Source: the human T2T-CHM13v2.0 reference genome, Homo sapiens. From it: a stretch of DNA of 64,000 nt. Made by a program: the position numbers and the translations under genes. Location: the NCBI RefSeq assembly GCF_009914755.1, contig NC_060945.1. One strand, 5' to 3'. Shown here one piece after another: positions 1-17,029 of this stretch (position 1 is its first letter; every line of letters starts with the position of its first letter). Below the pieces are notes generated by a model. The model was not told where the DNA came from. It was given only the letters and a program-made list of their open reading frames with translations, and searched no databases.

Positions 1-45
1 CAACTTTGGTTTTTCAGTGAAGTGCAACCTCATAATACTGTTCAT

Positions 46-194
46 CACCAAGCCTGGCTAGTTTTTCTATTTTTTGTAAAGACAGGGTTTCACCATGTTG
101 CTCAGTCTGGTCTTGAACTCATGAGCCCAAGTGATCCACCTGCCTCAACCTCCCAAAGTGCTGTAATTACAGGCATGAGCCACTGTTCCTGTCC
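46..194 (-). mobile_element. Alu fragment (left monomer, AluJ-like)
   Basis: Reverse-strand Alu left-arm sequence (gggtttcaccatgttg...ctcccaaagtgctgtaattacaggcatgagccac). Confidence 0.85.
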
Positions 195-655
195 TAACAA
201 ACCATTTGAACTACAGGTGAAGCGAAGTCTCTCTCTCTGATATTTGGTCTTCTATTTACAGCTCCTAAAATATCTAAATGTGCCCTCCCTCTCAGGGCAC
301 ACAGCCCAATCCTATTTTCTCCCATATGATAGGAAAGAAAGAATCACATAACAAATGCCTAGTGATCTTCATTGTGAAGAGCACACGGTCAAAACATTTT
401 TTAAAATCCTATTTCGAAGTCCAATTATGCAAAGAATTAATAAATAATGACACAAATTGATGAAAGAGTAGCTATCTTACTGAGTCCAGTGTAAGAACAC
501 AAATGGAATTCATAATGAGCCACAAAGGCATCTGAGTCCAGATCAAAATGTCAAAGTCTTGAGAAAAGGCCCAACTGGGAGCAAATTATGAAATCTGCAT
601 GAGTCTCTTAAGGACGATTTAGGGAAGGCTTGGCCTTTGGTCGTTATTATGAGAC

Positions 656-997
656 TGATATGGTTTGGCTGTGTCCTCATCCAAATCTCGAATTGTTGTT
701 CCCATAATTCCCACGTATTGTGGGAAGGACCTAGTGAGAAGTAATTGAATCATGAGGACTGTTCTGTTCTTATGATAGTGAATAAGTCTCATGAGATCTG
801 ATGGTTGTATGGAGGGAAGTTCCCCTGCCCATGCTCTCTCTTGTCTGCTGCTGTGTATGACCTGACCTTTGCCTTCTGCCATGATTGTGAGGTCTCCCCA
901 GCAACGTGGCACTGTGAGTCCATTAAACTTATTTTTCTTTATAAATCACCCAGGCTTGGGCATGTCCATATTAGCAGCATGAGAACAGACTAATACG
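656..997 (+). mobile_element. THE1 (MaLR) solo LTR
   Basis: Starts tgatatggtttggctgtgtcc and ends gagaacagactaatac; 5-bp TSD GAGAC at 651-655 and 998-1002. Confidence 0.9.
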
Positions 998-1009
998 GAG
1001 ACTTATTAT

Positions 1010-1500
1010 GAGTTTGACAGGAAGGTGCAGAAACAGAGTTCTGGAGTCAGATTATGGGTGACAGCCACATAATCTTTTTTATTCAAGAAAATTGAAAGAT
1101 TTTATATATGAGTGGAACTTAGCTTCTGTTCAGTGTTGATGTGGGAAAAAGTGAGGTTAGATTTGTGAGCAGGAGCTGAATCATTAAAAGTCTTCAAGTC
1201 CTTGCTAAAGAGTGAGAACCTAAGTTTTAAGCTGTTGTTAAGTGCTTTTAAGTCCTTGAGGAATACAGTTACCTGTCTAGAGATGTTAGTCTGGAAGTGA
1301 ACAAGATAACGGGAAGTAAGAGGAGTGCAGGCTGATGGAAACATGATGGAAAATGGAAATATTTCAGGTGAGAGAGAGTGAGGGTTTCACTGAGTCATAA
1401 AGTTGTGGAGAGGAAGCAGTGAGTAGAAGAATACTTGAGAAGTAGAATTAATAAAACTTTGTGACAGAACAGGTGATGGGTCTGGGAGAGAACTATATCT
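1010..1500 (-). mobile_element. Probable L2 fragment
   Basis: Degenerate purine-rich sequence (gaagtagaattaataaaactttgtgaca) resembling the antisense L2 3' region; boundaries uncertain. Confidence 0.35.
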
Positions 1501-1504
1501 GGAA

Positions 1505-1860
1505 CAGTGGATCTCAGAGTGCTCCATGAAAATAAGACTCTTTCTATCATAATACAGCTATGTTACTTGTCTTTTTCGCTTGTTTTTGTTCTCTGCTTTG
1601 GTGCAAATGCAGTAGTAAGTAAAACCGTAGCACAAAACAAGACAGTGGCTCCAAACAATAGTAGCAGTTCTAGTATTTACAGTCACGTGGTTGCCTCAAT
1701 AAGTAAACATGCCAATTTTATTTTCATGTTACTTAAGAATATCATTGATGAAGCAGTAAAAAATAAAATTTTCATTCAATCTAGATCCCCAAGTATGTCT
1801 TTTCAGTATTCTATTTGATAAAATGGTAAGAACTCATAGAGCACTTATTACTTAAAAATG
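1505..1860 (+). mobile_element. Charlie1 (hAT) DNA transposon fragment, 5' piece
   Basis: gatgaagcagtaaaaaataaaattttcattcaatctagatccc...ttgataaaatgg resembles the decayed Charlie1 transposase region (IIDEAVKNKIFIQSR). Confidence 0.65.
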
Positions 1861-1870
1861 AACTAAGTGT

Positions 1871-3078
1871 GACGGGGTGCAGTGGCTCACGCCTGTAATC
1901 CCAGCACTTTTGGAGCTCAAGAGTTTGCGACCATTTGGAGCAACATGGTGAAACCAAATCTCTACAAAAAAAATTAGCCAGGGGTGATGATGTAAGCCTG
2001 TAGTCTACTGTAGGGATGAGCCCTACAGGGTCTGTGGGTTTTCTTCACCGTGTGCAGAGATGAGAGATCGTAGAAATAAAGACACAAGACAAAGAGATAG
2101 AAGAAAAGACAGTTGGGCCCGGGAGACCACTACCACCAAGATGTGGAGACTGGTAGTGGCCCCGAATGCCTGGCCGCACTGTTGTTTATTGGATACAAGG
2201 CAAGGGGGCAGGGTAAGGAGTGTGAGCCATCTCCAATGATAGGTAAGGTTACGTGAGTCTCGTGTCCACCAGTCGGGGGACCTTCCTTGTTTGGCAGCCG
2301 AGGCGGAGAGAGAGAGAGGACAGCTTACATCATTATTTCTACTATGCATTTCAAAGACTTTTAGTACTTTCACTAATTCCGCTACTGCTATCTAGAAGGC
2401 CGAGCCAGGTGCAGAGGGCGGAATATGAAAGCAGACCAGGAGCCTGACCGCTGAAGCACAGCATCACAGGGAGACAGGCCCCCGGGTAGCTGCGGGCGAG
2501 CTTGACTGATGTCGCCTTCCACAAGAGGTGGTGGAGCAGTCTTCTCTAACTACCCCGGGGAAAGGGAGACTCGCTTTCCCGGTCTGCTAAGTAACCGGTG
2601 ACTTCCCAGGCGCTGGAGTTACCGCTAGACCAGGGAGCCCTCTGGTGGCCGTGTCTGGTCGCGACAGAGGGCTCGTACTCTTGTCTTCTGGTCACTTCTC
2701 ACAATGTCCCTTCAGCTCCTATCTCTGTATGGCCTGGTTTTTCCTAGGTTATAGTAGTAGAACAGAGATTATTATAATATTGGAATAAAGAGTAATACTG
2801 CAAACTAATGATTATTAATATTCACATATCATCATCTATATTCTATTTCTAGTACAAGTATTCTTCTATATATTTTCTTTATTACACTGGAACAGCTCAT
2901 GCCTTCAGTCTCTTGCCTTGGCACCTGGGTGGCTTGCTGCCCACAGTCTACTACTGGAGAGGCTGAGGAGGGAGGATCATTTGGCCCTGGGAGGCAGAGG
3001 TTGCAGTGAGCTATGATTGCACCACTGCTCTCCAGCCTGGGTAACAGAGCAAGACCTTCTCTGAAAAAAAAAAAAAAA
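1871..3078 (+). mobile_element. Alu (AluJ-like) split by an LTR13-family insertion
   Basis: Alu 5' part 1871-2008 resumes at 2952 (ctggagaggctgagg) and ends in poly(A) at about 3078. Confidence 0.88.
2009..2945 (-). mobile_element. LTR13A-like solo LTR (HERVK13/HML-4)
   Basis: TG...CA ends; minus strand begins tgtgggcagcaagccacccaggtgcc; 6-bp TSD GTCTAC at 2003-2008 and 2946-2951. Confidence 0.88.
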
Positions 3079-3089
3079 GTGATATTGTC

Positions 3090-4040
<951 letters not shown>

Positions 4041-4056
4041 TTAAGCATATTACGAA

Positions 4057-4357
4057 TTTTTTTTTGAAGTGGAATCTTGCTCTGTCTCCAGGCTGGAGTG
4101 CAGTGGCGCGATCTTGCCTCACACAACCTCCACCTCATGGTTTCAAGCGATTCTCCGGCCTCAGCCTCCCGAGTAGCTGGGACTACAGGGGCCCACCACC
4201 ATGCCCACCTGTTTTTTTTTTTTTTTTTTTTGCATTTTTAGTGCAGATGGGGTTTCACCCTGTTGGCCAGGATGGTCTTGATCTCTTGACCTTGTGATCC
4301 ACCTGCCTCGGCCTCCCCAAGTGCTGAGATTACAGATGTGAGCCACTGCACCCGGCC
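4057..4357 (-). mobile_element. Alu (AluS-like)
   Basis: Dimeric antisense Alu with an expanded middle A-tract. Confidence 0.92.
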
Positions 4358-4716
4358 AATATTTACTAATTTAGAAGTCCTAATTTATGATAATCATTAA
4401 TAGAAATAATACATAGGAATAAAGTTGGGTGAGAGAGAAAGGTTTGGAAGTTGTCAATTTTTTTTCTTTTAACTTATTTAAAATTCAAGTGTCATGTCTA
4501 CAAAGTGGCTGCAAAACTCATAGAGACCTTATTCCTCCACACTCCTTTAGTTTCATTTTTTCCTTCTATCATAGGGTTTATCACTATTATTTTTAATCTT
4601 GTCATCCCAACTAAATTATGAGGTCCTGCAGGAAAGAAAGTTATGTGCTTTATTTTTGACTTATTTGTACTTAGCACCATGAATTGCTTAGGGATTTTTC
4701 TTTAAAATAAAAATTA

Positions 4717-5040
<324 letters not shown>

Positions 5041-5461
5041 TTAGCAATGTTGTCATTTAGACATATTTAGGCATTAATTCTATCACTTACCAGACCTTAA
5101 TATTTTAAATTGTTGATCATGGAATTTGTTGATTTGAACCTGAAAAACCTTAATTATTTTCAAGTAGTTTTTCCTTCAATTAAATTATATTAACTTTATA
5201 TTTATTTGAAATAATTTATTTTCATGTTTTTATTAAACTTTCATCAATGTTTTGTGCTTTTATAACCATGTGAAATATTTATTTGTTTTTGAAATATTGA
5301 TTTTAAAAACAATGCAATTAGTTGATATTTATTATTGAAAAGTACTAGAATTTCACAATCTTAATAAATATTGATAATTGTTGTCATTTAGAAAAATAAT
5401 ACTGGTGTAGGAATGAAGAGAGAAGAAGGAGTAAGAAAGGCGATTGCTCTTTATTTTGAGT

Positions 5462-5597
5462 ATTTTCTTTTCTTTTTTTTCTTTTTAGTAAAAATGGGGT
5501 CTTGCTATGTTGACTACGCTGGCCTCGAACTCCTGGCCTCAAGCCTTTGCTTCTCAAAGCACTGGTTTTACAGATATGAGCCACTGTGCCCAACCTG
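5462..5597 (-). mobile_element. Alu monomer (FLAM/AluJ-like)
   Basis: Diverged single antisense Alu arm. Confidence 0.7.
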
Positions 5598-5644
5598 ATA
5601 ATTATTTTTATGTCATGTTGACAGGATTTAGACTAATAAAACAT

Positions 5645-6676
<1,032 letters not shown>

Positions 6677-6974
6677 TAGGGCACACACTGAGGCGGATGG
6701 CATCTCACTGTTAATCAAGAATAAAAAGCCTTAAATTATGCCAGAAACCACTATAGCAATGTCTGTGTCAAGAGGCTGTCTGAATATCTAAATGTACATT
6801 TCACAGTACAGCAAACACTTTTTTTGAACTACATTATCTGTCAGATTGCCTAAGGCACTGAAATAGAAAACTCCTAGTGCTTGCTGTATTTTGCTAGCTT
6901 ATACATTAGTTTCTTTTGTTGATTTTTGCTATGACAGGACCAAAAAGATAGAAACCACAGTATCTGTTTTAATA

Positions 6975-7256
6975 TTTTTTTTTGAGACAGGGTGACACTC
7001 TATCACCCAGGCTGGTGCAATCACAACTCACTGCAGCCTCAACTTCCTGTGCTGAAGTGATCCTCCCACCTTAACCTCCTAAGTACCTGAGACCACAGGC
7101 ATGTGACACCACACCTGGTGTATTTTAGTATTTTCTTGTACACAGAGGGTTTTTCCATGTTTCCCAGGGTGATCTCAAACTCCTGGGCTCAAAGGATCCT
7201 CCTGCCTCAGCTTCCCAATGTGCAGTGATTACAGGAATGAACCACCATGCCTGGCC
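6975..7256 (-). mobile_element. Alu (AluJ-like)
   Basis: Diverged antisense dimeric Alu. Confidence 0.88.
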
Positions 7257-7375
7257 TTAATATTCTTTTCTATTTGTAAATGGAAAGCTTCAGAAAAGAC
7301 CCTCAAACAGGACTATAAATGTTTTCACAATACTGTTTTGTACAGCCAGATATTAACAGTATATTTAATGTAACT

Positions 7376-7709
7376 CAGGGGTCCCCACCCCTGGGCCATG
7401 GACAGGTATGTGTCCGTGGCCTCTGAGGAACCGGGCTGCACATCAGGAGGTGAGTGGTGGCTGAGCAAGCATTATGACCTGAGCTCCGTCTCCTATCAGA
7501 TCAGCTGCAGCATTCGATTCTCATAGGAGTATGAGCCCCAATGTGGACTCCACATGTGAGAGATCTAGGTTGCATGCACTTATGAGAATCTAATGCCTGA
7601 TGATTGGAAGTGGAAGAATTTCATCCTGAAACTATCCTCCCTGCCATCTGTGGAAAAATTGTCTTCCATGAAACCCATTTCTGGTGCCAAAAAAGGCTAG
7701 GGACCACTG
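7376..7709 (+). mobile_element. MER1B (hAT-Charlie MITE)
   Basis: TIRs caggggtcccca / agggaccactg; near-perfect 8-bp TSD atgtaact / atgtaaca. Confidence 0.88.
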
Positions 7710-7924
7710 ATGTAACATATACCAGTATATCACATTTATTCTTACCTGTTGACATATATCCTGAAATTAGCTGTGGACAAGCTGTGGGAGTTATGTGTGA
7801 AAATAGCTTAGCAATTTAGACTCCCAGGACAATTCCACACTTCACTAAGCAAATGATGGCTATTCTTAACTGACAACATCATCACCAGCTGTCTCTTACT
7901 AACCCTAACAGTATAATAGAATAC

Positions 7925-8366
7925 ACGGTAGGAGCCCAGCCGAATGTCTTCCTCCAGCCCCACATCCAATGGCTGGCATGTGCACCCTCTTACCTAAGGT
8001 TGTGTATCCCCTTCTCTGCAGCTACAGCCCACTTGGCCTGGGTTCCATTCCCCACCGCAGAAAAGCCTTCTACTACTGACTGGACTGGAGAATACATGCC
8101 TCAGTTCCGTTGTCCCCTGGCTGTGTAACTCTGAGGTCCATGTTCGACGTGGCTCCCCAGAGTTCTGTCATGGGAGTAAGCACCAGTCATCTGCAGTGTA
8201 ACTCACTTGGCAACACATCCTTATTTTGTCTTCTTCCTGTTCCCTGTCCCATTCTGTCCCTCCTTGACCAATGCTTCCAGTCTTCTTGGGATCATGTCCC
8301 AAATAAACCATGTGCACTGAAATCTTTGTCTTAAATTCTGCTCCTGGGGGAACCCACACTAAGACA
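7925..8366 (+). mobile_element. ERVL LTR (LTR16-like)
   Basis: Ends cccaaataaacc...ctgctcctgggggaacccacactaagaca, the characteristic LTR16/33 3' terminus. Confidence 0.65.
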
Positions 8367-10238
8367 TGGTGAATCTTCCATATTAAGGAGGAACTGGTGC
8401 CTGTTGAAAATGAATTGTTGTGTTTGTTGGAGAAAAATTCATCTGTTACGCTGGAAGCAAACAAATCCCACAAGAATACTGTATTGCCAATATTGTCCGT
8501 GTCTCCAGCTGAGCAGTTAAGGAGAGCTGCACTGATGCTGGAAGTTGCCAACACCTGTGAATGGCTCTGGAGGCTTCTTGTGGACCTCCATCTTGGAGGA
8601 GGTGGCAAATGCTTAGTAGTCTCCCAGGAGTCAACATGCCGGCACTCACACTGATCTCCATATCATTGTGGAGAGTCAATGTCAAGACCTTCTGCCCTTC
8701 AAAGCTATCACATTGTATGTGCCTTAGACGCCACTTGCCAGAAGCAAGCCAGGTTTACCTTTGGACACCAACAGCATTCTTTCCATTCATTCATCCTCCT
8801 GACTTATCAGACCCTGCTATGAATGACTTGATTGTTCTTCAACTTCCAATTTACCCTCAAAATTTGAAGATTTTCTACCCGCTCAAAATAATTGATTTTG
8901 CCTTTTTGGAAAGCAGCCCACAAAGAGATTTTTTGAATAAATAAAAATTGATCCATGTTTACGAAGCGTGTATTTGGATATGTCCGTTGGACATATCTAT
9001 CATTTGTTGACATACCTATCACACTGTCTGGAATGACACCTCAGTTTTTTCCCTTTTCTTTCAAAGTTGGCCTTTGGGAATCACATTTACTTTTATATAG
9101 AAACATGATTTTTTCCTCTCAAGAGCTTGTCTTTTGTATTTAGCAAAAAAAAAAAGCCTTCTCCGTTCTGTAGAGAAAATCCCCAAATTGTGCAACACCT
9201 CTGGAGAAAGCACTGAGCCCAAGAAATCAGCATTCCAAGAAAAAGACTCTGCACACAGCATCTGCATTTTTGTGCTGAACTGTTAAATGCAGATGTAGTG
9301 AAATTCATAGCTTTTTCAAAATGTACAATATAGTGAGTGGGTGTTGCCAATACATTATAATTACCCTGGACTTGTGTGAGGTGGATCCTTTGGATGAGAA
9401 TTGGCTTTCTCAGATGAAGGGAATCTTGTCTGTGAATGAAGAAGACAAGGAGGAACAGAGTATTCTTGGGAGAGGCTGCCCTGGTTTTCATGATATCAGT
9501 GATCCTTTAACCCAAAAGCCCACAGATGTTCTCCCTAATTAACCACAGAAAGTATAATTATTTACCACCCCCCAAGAATCTGAGTTCTTCTTCAGAAACC
9601 AAGATTGAGAGGAATTACTCCCAGAACCAGTGTGCAGTATACACCTTTGAACCCTTTGAGCTCTTTGCTTTCTTTTGCAGCTTGTTTTTTCCTGCCTGTT
9701 TTTCCTGTCTTCTTTCAGGCTAAGCCTCCCTCCTTTTGGTAGAGGTTTTTTTATACCATTTGGAAACTGGTTTGGATAAGCTACCTTAATGAAGGACCAC
9801 AAGTCTCTCCAGAGATGATAAAAGACTTTTTGTCTTTTCTGGTAAGTCCTTTCTGGAATAAAGATCAGTGTCTTTCTGGATTACTCTTGGTTTCTACAGA
9901 TTTTACATTCTGTCTGTGAGGCATATATTCTAGTGAATTTACTTTCAAATTGGTCTGAATGCCTAGTTTAATATTTTGATCTACATGTCTAGGTTAAAAT
10001 TTTTGTGAACAATCTTATCTTGGTTTCTTTTGATTTTGTTTGACTCTTTATCCTTGTTTCTGAAATTCTCCCAAATGCAAAAGTAAACATTCTAAATGGT
10101 GGGTCAGGATGGCTAACTAAAAGCTGCCAGGGCAGTTGTCACCCTTTAAAACACTGGCCTAAACCCCGGAAATTCCATGACAGGATTTATAGGATTTTCT
10201 CTACTCTTGAAAGATTAATGAAAAACAGAATGGTTGTT

Positions 10239-10540
<302 letters not shown>

Positions 10541-11872
10541 ACAGAATCGCATTCTCAAACATTAAGGCATGCTAGGTTTTCTGGGACTCCAGCTGGTTAT
10601 ATATTATGGCTCATATTTTTACCTTGCTGGGAAAATTACATCAAGGAAAATTCAGATCTCCAATAGTCATTATTTGAAAAACCTGCAATTATAGAGTTAA
10701 CATGTCGAGTTTTCTAAGTTCTCTGTATACCTCTCTCGGTTCTTCTTCTGCCCATTCACTGTTTATGGAATTCTGGCCTGTGCCCCAAATCTTAAAGAGT
10801 ATTCAACTTAATGGTTTTATAAATTACAACAGCTTCATGATATCAACAAGTGAAATAATCTTTGAAATATAAATTTAATTCCAAAATACCGTGGGTTAAG
10901 AAAAAATAAGAAATATAAATTTAGGTTTACCTGACTTACAATTGTGTGCAACGACAGAATACTTAATTAGAAGTTAATGTAAGAGAAAAATAACTAGATA
11001 AATATTTATGAAATTAGGCTCTCAGATCAAGCAGGTCAAAATCTTGACCGTACAGCAATAACCCAAGGTATGTCTAGCACAAAAATTTTGCTGTTTCTGC
11101 ACACAAAAGCAAAAAATAAAAACTATAAATAATTTAAAACCGCTAAAAATCTTTCTTGTCCACACTTGCTAGTCAAGCAAATCACAATGGCAAAGAGAAA
11201 ATAGATTTGCTTCTAATTCAAGGTTACATGGATATTTTATTTTTCTTATACAATTTATCCAGTCCCAGCTTAAATGTAAATATTGAAAATATAACCCTAA
11301 ACTCATTTGAAACTTAAGAAAAGGTGAAAAAAGTTTTTTAAAAAATCAAACTGCCATGGAAACTGCTTTACCCAAACTGTGGTTCACAACACTTATTAGA
11401 TTATCTTTTGCGGCAAATAAATTTTAGCCATGTTTTACATTTTGCCAAAAAAATATAATTTGGGTCCAACTGTCTTTTATAAACTGGTGGATTAGTATTA
11501 CTATCTCATGACTAAAAGCCTAAAATAAAAAAAACATAAGATCTGTTATTTGTGTGTGTATATGTGGTCAGATGTGTTTATGTATATACACATGTATTTT
11601 GTTATATGTTTTGCCTACATGGTAAAATCTGGTGTAGTGAGCCAGAAATCCCTTAAGAAAGTCTATTTAGATAAATGACCTTATGAAATATACAAAAATT
11701 AACCTAAATGCTTTTTAATTCATGTGACTTAATTAAATCTGTGATAAACAAACTATTCTAAAATTAGTGGTAAAATAAAAATAGAAATATCTTCAAAATG
11801 GTCAGTGTACATTTTACCAGGGTTTACTGGTCAGATGGTTTTATATTTTTTTCTTCTGGAAATCTGTTATTA

Positions 11873-12880
11873 TGTGGGCAGCAAGCCACCCAGGTGCGAG
11901 GCAAGAGACCGAGGGCAAGAGCTGTTCCAGTGCAATAAAGAAAATATATAAAATAAGAATAGTTATACTAGATATAAATCATAGATATGATTATATATGA
12001 ATATCATTAATCATTAGTTTGTAGCAATTACTCTTTATTCCAATATTATAATAATCCTTGCTCTACAATAAAAACCTAGGAAAATCCAGACAATACGGAG
12101 ATGGGAGCTGAGGGGACATAGTGAGAAGTGACCAGAAGACAACAGTGTGAGCCTTCTGTTATGCCCGGACAGGGCCACCAGAGGGCTCCTTGGTCTAGCG
12201 GTAACACCAGCATCTGGGAAGATGCCCATGACCTAAAGGGACCATGGTCTAGCAGTAGCATCAGTGCCAAGGAAAAGCACCCCTACTTAGCCGACTGGGA
12301 AATGGAGTCTCCCTTTCCCCGGGGGAGTTTAGAGAAGACTCTGTTCCTCCACCTCCTGTGGAAGGCATGACGTCAGTCATTCCCACCTGCAGTTATCTGG
12401 AGGCCTGACCATCTCCCTGTGACACTGTGTTTCAGTGGTCACACTCCTAGTCCACTTTCATGTTCCCTCCCATACACCTGGCTTGCCTTTTAGATAGCAG
12501 TAGCAAAATTAGTGAAAGTACTAAAAGTCTCTGATATGCAGAAATAATGGCATAAGCTGTCTCCTCTCTGTCTCTCTCTCCCCACCTCAGCTGCCAAACA
12601 GGGAAGGGCCCCCGTCCAGTGGACACATGGCCCACATGACCTTACCTATCATTGGAGATGGCTCGCAATCCTTACCCTGCCCCCTTGTCTTGTATCCAAT
12701 AAATAACAGCACAGCCTGGCATTCGGGGTCACTACTGGTCTCTGTGTCTAGGTGGTAGTTGTTCCCTGGGCCCAGCTGTCTTTTCTTCTATCTCTTTGTC
12801 TTGTGTCTTTATTTCTATGATCTCTCATCTCCACACATGGGGAGAAAAACCCCACAGACCCTGTGGGGCTGGTCCCTACA
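11873..12880 (+). mobile_element. LTR13 solo LTR (HERVK13/HML-4)
   Basis: tgtgggcagcaagccacccagg...ggctggtccctaca, 1008 bp; 6-bp TSD TTATTA at 11867-11872 and 12881-12886. Confidence 0.9.
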
Positions 12881-13090
12881 TTATTAGTCATAATTTTGGT
12901 TGCTATGTTAACTTTTTCCTAGAGTTATATTTATGTGGATATGTTATATGGATTTTTATACCCATATAACTTTCTATGTTGCTATAAAATTGCACTCACT
13001 CATAAAATACTGATAATACTGATATGTGAGAGATTTCTTGCTCCCTAGGTTTTCACTGTAATTTAAGGTTACTACGAGTTTAAAATTCTA

Positions 13091-13604
<514 letters not shown>

Positions 13605-14739
13605 TAAAAGTGTGCCTTAAAAAGTAGGATGAGTTTTTAATAAGAAAAAATGTATAAGAAATGCATAAAAACATGTTCTTTATTGAGAAAGAAATAATAA
13701 TTTTATATAATTTGAAGGTTATTTAAAGGTTGTTTCAAAATATTGATTCAGGAAAGACAGTGAAATGTTAAAGAAGAACCAGTAAGTAGAAGAGAGAGAT
13801 GTGAAGAAAGTTATTGATAGGGAGATGGAGATAGGAGAAGGTTGAAAAGAAAAGAAATATTTCACATGACAAAGAATCTTGTGTGGTAAATTTTCATCCT
13901 AAACTAAAATGGCTAGTTATTTAAGAGGGAAAGTACAGGATAAAGTGGAAAGCCCAAGCATGTCAACAATGGTCTGAGTAACTCATTTGTGAAAAGAGAA
14001 TTTATGCAAGATGTTTTGCATGTGACCAAGTTTGTTATGATCAGAAGAAAATTAAATTATAAGTCTTTCTAAGGACTGAGCTTTGGCATTAAAAATACAC
14101 TAATACAAAACTGAAAAAATATGGTCCCCTATGTTAGAACAACAAGGTTTTCTTAAAGTATTGATTTAGTTTTCATAAAACTGCAAGAGGTTTTGAGTTT
14201 TAATTCTGAAATCTGTTCCCTTAACAGCCGTCTTCTAAACTACAGACAATTTCCATTTCTGTCAAATATTTTTCTGAGATCTATTTAATTTGCCTAGTTT
14301 GAGGGTGGAGATTCAGCTCCCCCTTTTTCTTGCCTAAAAAGGCACAACATCTTGGCTGAGGTGATAACTTTTCTTTTTTTGTCAACTCTTGTACCTTTTT
14401 TTTCTGTGGTTCCAACTCTGCTGTTATGTCCTGATGCTGAAATTTATATCCTGAAAAATCTAGAAAAACAGTGTTTTACTCCAATATAACTTGAAGTTAA
14501 TAAAAGTCTGATGGTCCTGATGTGATGTAGTCAGTCATGATTCTGGTTGCATGTAATAAAAATAACCAAGTTTCCTTGTCAATTGGGACATTTGATCAGA
14601 TTTTAAATCATGGCTATTCCAAGTTTTTGTCATTCACAGTTGTTTTGAAAATTTCTCTAAAAGCATTTGCAATCTGCTGTAGTCCAAAACAGCTTTTCAT
14701 AGAAAATAACAAATACTCTTGAACACAGAATTCTGATAA

Positions 14740-14984
14740 ATTTTTTGAGACAAGGTCTCACTCTGTTGCCCAAGCTGGTATACAGTGGCACAGTCTTGAC
14801 TCATGGCATCCTCTACCTCCCAATCCTCTAATCTCAGCCTCCTGGATAATTTTTGTATTTTTTTGTAGAGATGGGATTTCTCCATATTGCCCAGGCTGGT
14901 CTCAAACTCCCAAGTTGAAGTGATCTACCTGCCTCAGCCTCCCAAAGTGCTGGGATTACAGATGTGAGCCACTGTACCTGGCCA
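14740..14984 (-). mobile_element. Alu (AluJ-like, internally deleted)
   Basis: Antisense Alu with flanking aaatttttg-like repeats. Confidence 0.85.
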
Positions 14985-15919
14985 AATTTTTGGTAATTTA
15001 AGATCAGTAGACTAAAAAAAAATCTCCAGAGCTTAAATGAATAAACTGATGGGTTTATAAAACTGTTAATCAAGATTAAACAAAACAACTACATGAAATT
15101 AAGTGGTTCACGAAGATGATGTTTTTATGACTTTTATTTGAAACATTATTGGCTGTGAAATATTTTGTTTTCCAGATTTAAGAAAACTTTATCTCGTAAG
15201 CTACCTACAGTTTACAAAAATTCACTAAAGTATAATTTTTTGAACAAAGATGGAAGCATTCATTTTGTCTCCCTACTTGATTCCTCCAAAATTTGGAAAA
15301 CATTTGTGAGTATTCTTTTATTTTTACTCAATAAATATCTGTTTCTCTTCATAAACAGAATGTCATTGAAAACATTGGTTATATTATTAAGGCTTTGACT
15401 GAAATCTCATATTTAAGAAGGTGCATAAAGTGCCTGGCTTCCAGTGCTTCCGCCTGACAGTGAATGAGTAAAAATTGTCACATCCTGGCAGGCCAAAGAA
15501 CTTTAAGATTGTAAGTAAAATCTAAAACCTCCCTTGCTTTGACTTAAGAGGTTTTTAAACCTGAACTTTTTGTAGATTAATGTAGAGAGAAAGTTCTGTT
15601 TCTAAAGAAAAACTATAATGCATCTGTGAGTAGATTGTAAACCTGTGCATGCTTTTCAAGTTCTTGTTATCTACATGTAGATTATACTAGATCTTGAATT
15701 TTCCTAATGTATTTCTCCAAATTTGGCAACAACTCTCCAACTAAAAGCAAAAGTTGCTCTGTTACTAAAGCCCTATGAGCTGAAACTAGATAAATTTTAA
15801 AGAATAAACATGTGCCTGGTGTATGGATCACAGAAAGAGTTCACCAAACCACCTGATGTCATGACCAAAGACATTCAAACTACAAAGCAGGAGAAGTTAA
15901 TGTTTTCATGCCGATTGTC

Positions 15920-15982
15920 CCAGATCATTAGAACAGATTTTCCCAGGTCATTAGAACAGATTTTCCCAGGTCATTAGAACAG
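15920..15982. repeat. Tandem repeat, about 24 bp x 2.6
   Basis: cccag(g)tcattagaacagatttt repeated. Confidence 0.85.
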
Positions 15983-17029
15983 GACTGCATGTGATGAGAT
16001 TTTTACCCTTCCTCCTCCTTAATGCTACATTTTTCACTTGGCAGAATAATGATGTGAATGAAAATTCACAATCAATAGCTTCTGCTCATAAGTATCCTTT
16101 GGTTCAATGAGAAAATGACTATGTTATTGTCAATACTGTATGCTGTACCTGGATAAATTTCTCCTGGAAATTAGAAATTTATAGACACAAAAGAAGAAGA
16201 CAGGCCTCATGGTTACACCATCTCACCTGATTCCTTATTGTCATTTGATTTATTCAATTAGCTCTATGTAAGGCGAGATTAATGGCTCAAAGCCATTATG
16301 CAAACTAGAATTGTCCTATTACTATTTACTTCATAATTTCCCTTTTTAAACTGTGTATCCATTACTTAAGTTTTTTTTCAAAAGTTCAACTCCTAACAGA
16401 ATAATGCCGGTACAGCACTTTGAGATGATAGCAAAAGACTACAAAACAGACAAAATTGAACTTAATAATGAACTCCAGGTAGACTTAGCCTGAAAACTAC
16501 TCCCTTCAAATCTCCCTTCTTGCTCCAAATGTGCCTAAAAGGATTTTGACACTGACTCTTAAGTGCCAATTAACCCCACCTCAATGTGGGACGAGACCAA
16601 AAACCAAAATAGGTCCATCCTAGCACCAAGGGCCATCAAAACAGAACTAAAAGATGATTGATCAGTGATGCTTTTGGAAAAAGATCTGGAGCACAAAAGG
16701 GAGGGGAAACGTGAAATTTGTCTCAATCAAAATAGAGTCACTAGTGATAACAAAATTCTGACAGCTCAAGCTGGGGAAGGCCATGAAGAGAGCATTCTCA
16801 TGTGTGTATGCCTGATGATGAAAAAGATTCTACAAAAATTACAACCTTGCACAAAGTCCATGACAACGTTATACAAAAAAAAAAATTCTGTAAGGACACC
16901 TGCCCAGTAACTACTGCCTTCCAACCATGGACAGGCGTCACGATCGTTATTGATTTTTGTAGCCAAGGATAATTATTTCAAAACAATTATGTAACCTTCT
17001 TCATTTTTTCCTTTGAAAACCTTTGTCTT

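Noticed and set aside
9259-9295. 11-bp hairpin stem catctgcattt...aaatgcagatg
   Set aside because: Short, isolated and without supporting context; too short for a pre-miRNA and plausible by chance.
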